This document shows positions 45,109 through 56,870 of a stretch of 64,000 bases of DNA, in pieces. How positions within the stretch are numbered: position 1 is the first letter of the stretch; every line of letters starts with the position of its first letter. Under the pieces are notes generated by a model. That model did not search any database. It was not told the DNA's origin and saw only the letters and a list, made by a program, of their open reading frames with translations. The translations under genes and the position numbers were made by a program. Origin of the DNA: Chrysomallon squamiferum (Eukaryota; Animalia; Mollusca); contig CM022672.1 of assembly GCA_012295275.1 (NCBI GenBank), forward strand, positions 25,792,001 to 25,856,000. The letters run 5' to 3'.

Positions 45109-45690
45109 CAGTGTTTGTAATTACGTAGTAGTCTGGTGTTTATAAGGTCCATTTATGTCATGCTTTTAATGTGGATGTTTTGTGTTTAGTAAACTGTTTA
45201 ATATATGTTTATTTTATGAGGCATAACCTATATATAACGGTTTTTATTTTCCATATAATGATGTGTACATAATGTGTTTATGTTTACCGATGCCTCATTA
45301 TATGTGATTACATTTAATATCCATTGTGTTGTTATGAAATATTGTCTTTCTCTCTTTCTCCAAGTGCCCAAGCTTTGATTTTCTAAACAGAAAAGAGATG
45401 ATATTTTACAGATGATTAACTATCTATAGCAATTCTTATTAAATGAGACAACTATTTTAATTTGCATATTTATGATATAGGTTGTTGTTCAGTACTAACA
45501 ATTAAACAATGAAGGATAGAGAGATAAAAACATTTATTAAACAAGTTTTTTTTTTTAGTATTGAGTTGACACAAAAATAAATATCTCCATTTCTTTAAAT
45601 TAACAACTATAACAAAACATTTTGTTATTAATGAACAATACATATCATAATTGTTTTATTACAATCTTTAAAATCTTACTTTATAATCCT

Positions 45691-45730
<40 letters not shown>

Positions 45731-46576
45731 CAACAACAACAATAACAATAAATAATTATTAATAATAATATAATAATAATAAATAATGAATAATAGTAAA
45801 TAATGAATAATATTAAATAATTAATAAAAATAGTAATAGTAATAATAGTAGTGTTTATAAATGCAAACGAAATGATTGCCAGTGCAGTATCAACTCCCAC
45901 GCCTGGGTATCCACAGAGGTGGGTCAGAAGTTGGGGTCACAAGATGCTCTTTGATAAGACTTCTATTTGCCAGATAATGAAGAAGTAAATAAGATATAAC
46001 TGCAGGTGTTCTTGACAAACTATCATTTCCATACGCACAGAGTAAAGGTTTGTGCCAAAACCTGCCATATGTTTCCTGCTGCGACTTGCCTACTTTTTAT
46101 TTCTTCATTTCTTTGCTTGTTTATTTAGTTTTTATTATTATGTATGTATGCATTTGTTCAATTAAATATATATCTTTAATGATTTAATTATTATTTAATT
46201 ATCATAACAGTTGTTAAGGTTCTGAGTACATCATAAGAATAACAAAACACCTTTAAATATAATTTTGATTAAATTGTGAATTCTAGTTTTCAATAAATGT
46301 GTATCTATTATTCTTCATTTTCATTTGCTGTCTATTTTTTTTTTGTTTTTTTTTTTTTTTTTAATTTCCTGAAATTCAGTTTAAAAAATCCATTAAGAAT
46401 ATATATTAAGAATTCCTCCTTTTTTTTTTTTTAAATCAAATTATTTTTTATTTATTACTTTTACTTTATATTAATTTTTTCTTTTCTATTCCATTCCATC
46501 TTTTCCTTCTTTTTTTTACCCACAATTAAAAAAAAAAAAAAAAGTCTTCTGAATCATGAAACTTTTTCTCTTAAAA

Positions 46577-46740
46577 CACGTGGCTAACTTTTTTAAGAAC
46601 AAAAACATCATTTCAATCTGGCACTTCCCATGAAATGACGTCACTGGATGGTGACAAACTTGGTACTGGCTTCTCCTGTTTGACGTCACCTCGATAACAC
46701 ATCACTGCAGAGACACAAATAAACGTGACTGGGTCACGAA
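46577..46740. promoter_or_regulatory. Putative enhancer with paired CREs
   Basis: CACGTG at 46577, TGACGTCA at 46636 and 46681, and the palindrome CGTGAC-tgg-GTCACG near 46724-46738, forming an island in AT-rich intron sequence. Confidence 0.5.
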
Positions 46741-47000
46741 ATCATTACTTACACTCATTTCATTAACTGCTGCGCTGTAAGATTTATTTTTACCTTCTTA
46801 CTGTTTTTTATTTTTGAAAAAAAAAAAATAGAAAATAAATTCTTTTAACAGTAATTATGTGGAGCAATTTTTAGAAATGAAAGAAATTATATAAATAGAT
46901 CTTTATGTGGGTTTAAGAAAAAACTAATAAAAAGAAATAATCAAGTAAAAATAATTATTAAACAAGTAGAGACAGTTCTTAGAATTCATAATTGGAAACA

Positions 47001-47047
<47 letters not shown>

Positions 47048-47979
47048 GATAATTCTAATGAAACAAAAAAGGAAGTAAGGATAAAAAAAAAAGAATTATC
47101 AAAGTCCTTAAAAATGTTTGAAAAAAAAAAAAAAAAAAATGTATATAAAATAAAAATCACATACACTTAAATAAATTTTTATTTTAATTAATATTTTTTT
47201 TTACACTGAAATTACTTACACTAATAAATGTTTTAGTTCAGTAACCAGAACAAAAAACCCTAATTCACTGAGCTGTAATCAATACCAGTGTGAAAAAGAA
47301 GATCTGATCAGTTACCTGGGCACTGAACAACCTGTTTGTGTGGACGTCATTCACTTCCAGAGGTCAGCAGAGAGTGGGAGGAGATATACTGGTTCATCAC
47401 TCAGCTGGGGGGAAGATCATTAAAATAATGTGTGACTAATCAGCTGAATGAAACACAAGTGTTTAATTATGATGTTGATGTAAGAAAGTGGCAGATTTGG
47501 AAATCATGGCATTTAAATCTTATTTTCTAAAACACAGAACTGATAGAAAATCTCAAAAGTCTTAGACAGTTAAAGAAACAGAAGCATTAATTCTCCACTT
47601 AATTTAGCCAATCAGAATAAACGTTTGAAGCAATTCTAACCAATCAGATTAACAGAATTATTGAGAATTACCACACACTGATCAAGGAAGGGTGTCGGCT
47701 GTGACATTATTTCAGTACTGCCACAAGAAAGATGTCAGTGATTTAACTTCTGTCTCCCACATTCTGTTATCTGATACATATTTATAGATTTTCATTGCAG
47801 TTTTATTATCAGTGATATTAGATGCTTTGATATTTTTATTTTCATATCATTTCTCTTGTTTCACACACACACACATATACAGAGACATATGCACACACAT
47901 ACACACAAGTATATATAGCAAAATAGAATTACATGTAAGTAGATGTAAAATAAATCATTGTGGGTGATACGTGATACAC

Positions 47980-48022
<43 letters not shown>

Positions 48023-48235
48023 TTCATTAACCTGTGATAAAACCACCTACATTGCAAAACCTTCTGAAACAGCTGCAATTGTTTGCTATTTAAATCTATA
48101 TAAAAAAAAAAAATTATTACTGAAAATCTTTTTTATGTGTGCAGTGACATCACAGCCCTGTGATTTATTTTCTGTGTGAGTTTCAGGCATGAATCATTGT
48201 TTACCTCACTGATTAGACGGTGTAATGGATGCAGT

Positions 48236-48363
48236 ATTGGCTGCGCTGATTAGGTTAGCCACTAAATGAGGGTATTACCACATCTCACGTTGGTCTGACA
48301 CCTGATTGGTGCACGCTGGCAAAACATGTTTTTGTTGGCGGGACAAGAGCTGGTATTTAAATA
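48236..48363 (+). promoter_or_regulatory. Putative proximal promoter
   Basis: ATTGG at 48236 and 48305, GGCGGGA at 48337 and TATTTAAATA at 48354-48363, in canonical order. Two further CCAATCAG elements lie near 47608 and 47640. Confidence 0.55.
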
Positions 48364-49298
48364 CAGGAGATGTTGTTTCTGCAGCTATTCATCACCTTTC
48401 ACTACAACAACTACAACTACCATTGCAACTGCTTGGATTCTATATATTGAGTCGTTTTTGATACTTTGTCTCAACAGTATAAGAACTGGTTTCAAAACAC
48501 TTTGATTCTTGCATTGTTTGCCTGATTGTTACTTACACTGGTATAAGACTTTGTGTTTTAAAAGAACTGGTTTTTAAACATTTCTGATTCCTCTACTGAC
48601 TTACCTGAGTATTTCAGAAGTGAAGGTTTTCATAGATAGTTGATTCTGTTTCTAGTCTGGGAATATTTTGTAGTTTGTTTCAGTGTTAATAAAACCTGAA
48701 CTTAAAACATTTGGTACTTGTGCTGGCTACTTCAAAACATTTTTAAGAGTACAGAAGACTTGGAAATCTCCTACAATACTGTTACAGAGTTTACACTGGA
48801 ATACTTTTCAGTAAAAGAAAGACTGACATTCCATTAAATACTGCTATAGAGGATTTTGAATTTAGAAATTATTTTTTTCTTCACAGTCAAGAAAACAAAG
48901 AAATTACTAACAGAACTGAAACTTACATTTGTAATAAACAGAAAACTGGCAAAAGATTTTCTGCAGTGTGAGAATATTTAACTTCTTGCATGTGAGATTT
49001 CTCATGAGATGGGCGTGTAACTCTGTTAATGGTCGTTTATTCAGCCAGGGATTGCACCTGGTGACCTTGCTAATCGTGAGACTTTAGCCATTAAAGACTA
49101 ACTTGCATCATCAGAGGTCAAAGCTTATCTCTTATCTCCGAGGAAGCTAACCACAGATTATCTGCTTCCAAGAAAAGTGTTTTGGCACAGAGTCGACATT
49201 GTGTGGGAGTTGGGTGTGCTTTTCGCTTGTGAGATATTCAGCACGTTTTGAAGAAGAAAACGTATAAGTTGTAGCCGGAATAATTCTGATTCTTACTA

Positions 49299-49310
49299 AT
49301 GCCAATGATG
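49299..49310 (+). CDS. Candidate proximal first exon coding tip (MPMM)
   Basis: ATG CCA ATG ATG|gtgtgt, phase 0. It ends about 0.9 kb of complex UTR-like sequence that follows a TATA-like box, and composition turns AT-rich and intron-like right after the donor. Confidence 0.55.
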
Positions 49311-49589
49311 GTGTGTGCGATTTCTTTCTTGTTTCTACTTTTGTTATAATTAACTCTTGTTTTAATGATATTGATTTATAGGTTATAGTTTATAATTCTC
49401 AATGGTTTGAAACTAATTACAAATTGTTTCTGTTTTCAGATTTTTGGAAAATAGATTTAAAACAGATAAATAAAAGAAGTTTATTTATTAATTTATTTAT
49501 TGTTATTATCTTGTTAATTCTTTAATATTAAATTTCATTCAGAGTATTTTTGTTTAATATTTTATTTATTTCTGTATCATTATTTTAAA

Positions 49590-50025
49590 CAGTGCATTAA
49601 CAATATATTTTTGTTAGCTAACTGTGTATTATTATTTTTAAAAGTCTACATTTTTTTAAACTGTACATTATTTAACAATGTATTTGTTACTCTACAGTGT
49701 ATTATTATTTTTTTAAAACAGTGTATTAACATTTTTTTGTTAAACAATATATTTTTCAATTAACATTTAAACAATGTGTTTTTTAATTAACAGAGTACAA
49801 TGTATTTTTTTTTAATTAAACAATGTATTTTTGTTAATTAACAGTGTATTAAACAATGTATTTTTGTTAATTAACTGTGTATTAACAATGTATTTTTCTT
49901 AATTAACAGTGTATTAACAATGTATTTTTGTTAATTAACAGTGTATTAACAATGTATTTTTCTTAATTAACAGTGTTTAAACAATGTATTTTTGTTAATT
50001 AACAGTGTATTAACAATATATTTTT
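49590..50025. repeat. ~32-bp AT-rich minisatellite abutting the splice acceptor
   Basis: Unit AACAATGTATTTTTGTTAATTAACAGTGTATT (for example at 49884 and 49916); degenerate at the 5' end and clean at the 3' end. Confidence 0.9.
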
Positions 50026-50036
50026 GTTTGTTGCAG

Positions 50037-50777
50037 GGTGTTCACCTGGATGAACCATCTTCTCCACTTCCACAGCAGTGGTCAACATCAGACCTGGACG
50101 ACTTTGTTCGAGCTCTAACAAATCCTAAACACCACATAACCAAGATCAACAACCAGTCGACAATATCACATTCATCTTCTTCATCGTCGTCATCATCGTC
50201 ATCGTCGTCGTCAACATCATCGTCATCTTCAATTTCAATACATCAGAAATGCAACCAGAACATGGACAGACAGTTTCAGGACAAATGTAACGTGCAGTCC
50301 TACCTTTCAACCAGTCACAGGTACATTTCCTCCGAAAGCTCAACAGACTCACATCAGCAAAGTTCACAGATGAGATACGACTTCAGCAAATCCTACTCAA
50401 TGACTAAAGAGAGCAACGGCAACATCTCTCCTAGAGACGTCAGCATCAACCACAGCGTGGAACTGTTGTCGCTGACGCCGCTGGTTGACGATGGGATCTG
50501 TGATGTGAACGAAACGTTTACGATGAAGTTGACGTCACCTCAAGAAGACCTTCATGTGACCTTCACGTGTGAATCGACCCCTGAAGGGTCAGACTCTGAA
50601 CCTTCCTCGCCCAAGCCTGTGCCCGACACGCCGATGTATAAGAAAGACAGTAAGAAACGGCGTTTCAGGAAGATGTTGTCCCGTCCCCTGAGGCGGAGTC
50701 ACAGTGCTGGTTGTGCCAAAGATATTCCAGCCCATGCTTTGTTTGTGGAACAGCAGCAAGACAAGAAAAAAGAATCG
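50037..50777 (+). CDS. RGS3: RGS3-like gene, first common coding exon (247 codons; Ser-rich, probably disordered region)
   Basis: Acceptor tttgtttgttgcag|GGT at 50037 and donor TCG|gtaagc after 50777; 741 nt, phase 0/0. Encodes GVHLDEPSS...poly-Ser...KKRRFRKMLSRPLRRSHSAGC...KKKES. Splices in frame to the next exon. The symbol means RGS3-like; orthology is not proven. Confidence 0.9.
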
Positions 50778-53214
50778 GTAAGCTACACTTTTTTTTTTTC
50801 AAAATGTTCTTACTTGTATCTCTGTCTGCAGTGTATGCTGTGTCTGCAGTGTATGCATATACAACAGCAGCAGCCTAACAATGCGTTAATAACACAAGTC
50901 TTACGTAAACACAATGCACAAACATGCACATCTGTGCTAGAATAATACTGTGTGTAATTAATACGTCTGTATAAAAAGAAATTGTTCATAACTCAATAAT
51001 TTCTCTGTAATATTTCTGTTAAAATGTTGTGTTAAAATAACAACTTGGGTGATTAATGTAGTCCACAGTGGAGGAGTGGTCTCTGTACTGAGTAATATTT
51101 AATGATTAAGAAAAGCGTAGGAGCAGAGAGTGGTTGTAACTGAAGGGTGAGTGTGAAACTGGTCTTACTGATGTTTCCTTTCTCTGGGTGTGAAATGCAC
51201 ATGTAGACGACAGAGATAAAGAGAGAGTTATTATAAGTTTAATGTGAGGCAAAAGTTTCAGCAACTATATAAACCAAATAGTATAAATAATAAAAACTTC
51301 TAATTCACCATGACTTAATACTGGGGCAGCATTGCTAGTTAAAATCTACAACTGTTTTACCTTCAGCAGTGTATCTGATTAAATTTTTAAAATTTTCATG
51401 AACTTTTCCAGATCCAAACCAGTTTCCATTACTCACAAATCAACTAAAATGTTCAAAACAACTAAACTGTTACTAACAAATATTAAAGCAAAAACGTACT
51501 AAACAAAATAACGGAAACCAATGGCGACATTTAAAACAAGAGTTATTGACAACAATATCGATGTCTGTTCATATTACACGTGTTTAAAAAAATAGCGTAC
51601 TACACAGTGTTCCATTGTTTATCTGTGTACTGACCTGGGTGAGATGCATTGTGTAACTATCACTATGAAAACAGGAAGAAACCCTTGAAAGTCAGTCTGT
51701 CACTTGCTCTCTCTCTCTCTCTGTGTGTAATAAAAGTGTACAATAGTTAGTGGGTGTGCATTTTGACGTTACAGATATGGTATGTTATTTATTTCAAACT
51801 GTTGTTAAAAACATTTTGTAATGTTGGGATATGTACAAGGAACAATTTAAACTTTGTAAGTAAGTTATTTGATTATCTCAGTAATTTAAGCGGTTTTTTG
51901 ATAAATACTTTAAAGCAATTTATAGGCTAAAAGGAAAGTGAAAAGATTTCATTGTTATTATTTAATGTTTTTTGAAAAAGAAAGAAAAACAAATACATTA
52001 ACAAACAACCAGTTGTAAATTTAAAAATCATTATAACTCATGTGTTTTATTTAATTTGATACAACGTAAATAGAGAAAATTGCTAAACATTTTATAAATA
52101 TTACAGAAAATAATTAATCTGTTTATTCTAAAATACTGTTTATTAAAACTGTCTTGGCAGTTAATTGTAAATAGGTGGGCATTTTATTAAAAATTCTCTT
52201 TACAAACAATTAATTGACAAAAGAAATTATTTTTCTGTTTTAAAAATGATTCCTAACTGTGTCAGTGGGAGTCCCTGGGGTAGGGTAGGAGACTGTGTTT
52301 GATGGACAGATCTGTTATTAGACATATTTGACACACAAATCGTCATATCAGACCCTCGTGACATTTTTATATTAACCATTATTGATCAGAGTTAATACAA
52401 ACCAGTTGTCCGATCGTTGCCTGCAGCCTGGCGTTATTCACGGGTGTGGCCCTCCTGAAATACACATTTAATTAGTTTGATCAGCCAGTACTTTCTGCTC
52501 GTTAGCGTGAGATGTATGCAAATGACATCGTTTCTTTCCCGAAATAGGTCTGTGGTGCGTGAAGACGTCACAGAGATTTTTTCCTCTGGGTCATTATCTC
52601 ATTCATTTATAACAGTTTGCCAAATATCTTGTAACTAATGAGAAAAATGATGGTATACGTATTAGACACCAGAAGAAAAAAAAAAAAAAAGAGTTTAGTG
52701 ATGGCAGAAAATTGGATTCAAAATAACGATATTTTTTTTTTTCTTCTTTTTGAAAAATGGGGTAATTTAAATCTGAAAACAGATAAGAGACAAAGGAAGA
52801 TGGGAAAAATTATTTTAAATTATCTTCTTGTTGTTTTTTAAATTAAAATAATCTGTTAAAGGTATTTTTGAGAGAAGATTTTGATACCTGCTGTAATTTA
52901 AATGCTGGCAGTGGATTAATAACAGGTATCTTACAGAAATAACAAGAAATCTGCATTTTATAAAAACTATTCAAAACAAAAAATAAGTTGCAGAAATCAG
53001 TGTAGTGATCCCTATTTTATTTGGATAAATATGATTTTTTACTGGAATGGGCAGGATAATCAAAACAGTGTGCAATAAAATACACAGAAAATCTGTAAAA
53101 CTTTTAAGTAACACAAGCTTCAGACTCAGCCAGTTAAATACAATAAGTAATTTTTAATTTAATTACTATTTCTGTTATTGCTGCAGTTGTTGTTGTTGTT
53201 GTTGATTTTATCTT

Positions 53215-53273
<59 letters not shown>

Positions 53274-53280
53274 TTTTCAG

Positions 53281-53444
53281 ACCGAAGCCCCGAGAGAAAA
53301 GTTAAACAGCTGTGGATCAGCTGAAATAGAAAACCCAGTAAGGAAAGCAAGACTCATTCACAAAACATCGTCAGCAGACGCTGCAATGATGGCCACCGAG
53401 GACTTGCCAGTTTTCAGTTTACAGTCGAAACCAAAACGCAGTCT
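53281..53444 (+). CDS. RGS3: RGS3-like gene, internal coding exon
   Basis: ttattttcag|ACC...CT|gtaagt; 164 nt, phase 0/2. Encodes TEAPREKLNSCGSAEIENPVRKARLIHKTSSADAAMMATEDLPVFSLQSKPKRS(L). Absent from the ORF track, but both phases match its neighbours. Confidence 0.88.
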
Positions 53445-53966
53445 GTAAGTTTCAAATTCTCACATTTTAAATCATTTTTACTTTTATAGTTCTAAATCTA
53501 TTACATATTTCATAAAACTATTATGCAGCATCCCCTGTTTTAACTGCTAACCACATGAAATTCATTTGTGAAATTTCATATATCTTGTTTAAACTTTTTT
53601 TACACTTAAAATACATGAAAGCATTTTAATGATTCATCAAACATTTTGTAATTTATGGTCATATCAAACATGATTTTTTTTTTTTTTTTTTTGGTACATG
53701 CCACTCCAATAATTATTCTTATCAGACCTCACATGTGCACTCTGTCATGGGCAGGGCAGTACATGCCGTTATCTTTGATAAGAACAGTAAAAGCCAACAG
53801 ACCCAGTGAAAAGGATTGGTGAAGGTAGCCACCATGCTGTAACCTCCACACCAAATACCACTCCCTCAGTTAGCATTAAATTTATAACAATTCTTTTGTT
53901 TGTTTTTCTGTTGATTGTTTTTTTGTAAAGACTTGACTGTAAATCTTCATCTGCTGATTCTTTCAG

Positions 53967-54118
53967 TGCGAAGAACATGAAGAGGAAGCTGCAGGCGTTG
54001 CGACGACGTCACACAGACACGTCGCTCAGCGCCACTCTGAATGGGAAAGTTACTCACATCAACCTTGAAGAAGTTCAGCAGTGGAGTCATTCGTTTGAAA
54101 ATCTGCTGCTTAACAAAG
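53967..54118 (+). CDS. RGS3: RGS3-like gene, exon with basic helix and start of the RGS domain
   Basis: gattctttcag|T...G|gttggt; 152 nt, phase 2/1. Encodes AKNMKRKLQALRRRHTD...EEVQQWSHSFENLLLNK. AKxMKxKL resembles the R4-family pre-RGS segment (RGS3 AKDMKNKL, from memory). W..SF..LL is the start of the RGS box. Confidence 0.93.
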
Positions 54119-54503
54119 GTTGGTATTCATCACATATAATGAACAACAACTCACAAGTCTTGTATATTGTTACTGCATGTAGTGATAGGAACATAGTCAC
54201 CTATTCCTGTTATCAGTTTTGTTACAAGTGTTATTGCTGTCATACATGCTGTTGTTGCTGCTACATACTAATTTAGTTTTATAAATGGATAAATCTTTGT
54301 TCTTCAATACATTGGTGGCTTAAATGTCTCTAAGCTTTGATAAATGTGAAATTGAGATATTTTTACATGTATCTTTCCTTTTTATTACATTTCATTAACA
54401 CTTTATTGGTTTCATCATATTTAAGTCAAGTAATACAGTCTGTCTATTTATTATTTTTCATTTTTCAAGTAAATAAATTTAATTTGCTGTTTTGTCACTT
54501 CAG

Positions 54504-54667
54504 CTGGTTTGGAACTTTTCCATGGCTTTCTGAAGTCAGAGTTTAGTGAGGACAACCTGGAGTTCTGGATGGCTTGTGAAAATTTCAAATCAACAAAACA
54601 CAGTAAAATCTGCTCAGCAGCTCACAAAATCTACACAGACTATGTTGCAGTTCAAGCTCCAAAGGAG
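54504..54667 (+). CDS. RGS3: RGS3-like gene, RGS domain core exon
   Basis: tcacttcag|CT...GAG|gtaaga; 164 nt, phase 1/0. Encodes GLELFHGFLKSEFSEDNLEFWMACENFK...AHKIYTDYVAVQAPKE, the canonical RGS signature FL.SEFSE.NLEFW.ACE. Confidence 0.97.
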
Positions 54668-54979
54668 GTAAGACTGTCCTTGATTTTGAAAAGTATTCAA
54701 ATAAACGAAGTGTGTATAATAAATGAAGTTTGATCTGTGCATGTTCAGAATACCAGACTATTTCATAGAAGTAAAATGTAGTTAAATAAGAATGAATGAA
54801 TCTTTCACTGAAAAATGAATAAACATTGAACAAGTATACAAAGACCTTTAATAAAACTAATCATACTGAATGGAATACCACTTGAATAATGATGATGATG
54901 ATAATAATAGTAATAATAATAATAATAATAATAACAACAATAACAATAACAATAATAATACAAAACTTATTTTTTACAG

Positions 54980-55150
54980 GTTAATCTTGATGCCAAGACT
55001 CGAGTGAAGACGTTAGGAAATCTCGACACTCCTTCAAGATCAACATTTGACGAGGCTCAGAAGAGAGTCAAGATTCTCATGGAGAAGGATTCCTATCCTC
55101 GATTTCTTGAGTCAGATGTTTATCAGCAGCTGCTGAACACCAAGTCATGA
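54980..55150 (+). CDS. RGS3: RGS3-like gene, terminal coding exon
   Basis: ttatttttttacag-type acceptor before GTT at 54980, phase 0. Encodes [56 protein letters not shown], then TGA ending at 55150. Contains the E|VNLD junction and [10 protein letters not shown] motif of R4 RGS proteins. Confidence 0.97.
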   Translation, partial: VNLDAKTRVKTLGNLDTPSRSTFDEAQKRVKILMEKDSYPRFLESDVYQQLLNTKS

Positions 55151-56870
55151 AAGCGCCGAGCAAGCTGACGTGAAACTGGAGGTGTTGAACAACTTGTATA
55201 TTTTATAACCTACGTGTACAGCAAACTGAAGAGTGTTCAGTACATACATTAACAGACACATTAACCTGAAGTATGTGAGCGATGTGATGAAGTCGAAGAA
55301 TCCACTTCATCTGTACCTAATCAGTGACATCATCAAACTACAATACTCACAGATGTATTATCATCAACTCTTGTGTGTTTAAAAAAAACAATGTATACAT
55401 CAGTGACAATACATCATGTTGTAATACATGGACTCAGCAGGTGACATTTTGTGTACATCAAGTTGAAGTATTGGACTTCGAACACTGATAATGTATGTGT
55501 GTGTGTGTATTAACAGTGACTATGTACAGTACAGAGACAATTCACTGCTCTACTGAAAGACATACCAAGTTACTGCCAGTACTTTTCTGTTCATCATTGT
55601 TATTATTATCATCATCATCATTACTATTACTGTTAACATCATCATCATTACTATTATCATTATTATCACATCATCATTATTATTATTATTATCATCTTCA
55701 TTGTTTATTTATTTATTTATTTATTTATTTAGTACTTATATCAGGTTTAAATATTGTTTACAGCATTTAGTAAACTCATGTGATTTTATACTGTCATCAA
55801 ATCATAAGAAGGTCTACTATCATATTTTAATGGTGTTGCCATTAATTTCTGTAAACAACTTACTAACTGAAAAATGATTTTTTTCTTTTATCTTTTGTTT
55901 TAAAATTCAGATTTTTATAGCAGATAACCATTGCTGTATTTAATATCTTTCATATATAAAGTTATTTATTCAAATGAAAATATTTGAAATACTCTTTACA
56001 GACAAGTCACTGATGAACAGAGTGCAAATTTAAAGCAAGTTTATAATCAGTCAGTTTATTTTTATGCAACGAGTTTGAACTGGTATTCAAACTGCATGCA
56101 TGTAATACAAATGATATCGTATATATATATACACACACAATATATAAAAATATTTATTATGAGCTGGTCTCTCTGGATAGTCTGTAAATCTGATCCCATT
56201 TGTTATATATTTATTATAATTTACCTGTTTTATTAATGTTTAGTTTGCTAAGTTTTTCTTTCTCTTTTCTTTTTTTTTTTTTTTTTTGATTATTATTATT
56301 ATTAAAGTTCTACTCCTTAGGTAAAAAGATATAAAAGAAATTAAATATTATTAATTTAACTAATATCTGTTATGTTTTTTGAATAAAGTTAAGAAGCTTT
56401 TTTTCTCTTCTTTGTTTCTTTTTGGGGGGTTTGTTTCCTGTTTTTATATATACTTGTGTATATTTTATCTGCACAACATAAACAAAAGCACAAATGATGG
56501 GATAACATTATGTGAATGTTCATAGATTATAATAATTATACTGACAGCAAATCTTAAGGATTTTAAGCATAAGAATTATGTAAATTCATTATCAAAGCAT
56601 TTGTTTCATCCTTTATTATTTCTTTTTCTTTCTTTATTATTATTATTAAACTGTTTTTGACATGTTATACATCAAGATTAATTAATTAATTTGTTCTGTT
56701 ATTCATTTGTACTGAATTTTTTTTGTACATGGTTTCATAATAACTATAAACATTATGAAGAATATGTTCAAACGTGGTTAGTTTTGAACTGTATGGTTTA
56801 GATGGCATAATTTCATATTGTGTTTGTCTCTACGTAAATAAACTTCTTATAACTTTTTATTTGGCATTTG
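55151..56870 (+). other. Probable 3' UTR of the RGS gene with candidate poly(A) signals
   Basis: Follows the stop codon. AATAAA occurs at 56382, at 56837 (followed by a T/GT-rich tract) and at 57017. Overlapping ATTTA run near 55709-55731. The true end is not determined. Confidence 0.55.

Noticed and set aside
49992-50945. 317-aa ORF as a single-exon gene
   Set aside because: The start lies in the minisatellite and the tail reads through a donor. The real exon is 50037-50777.
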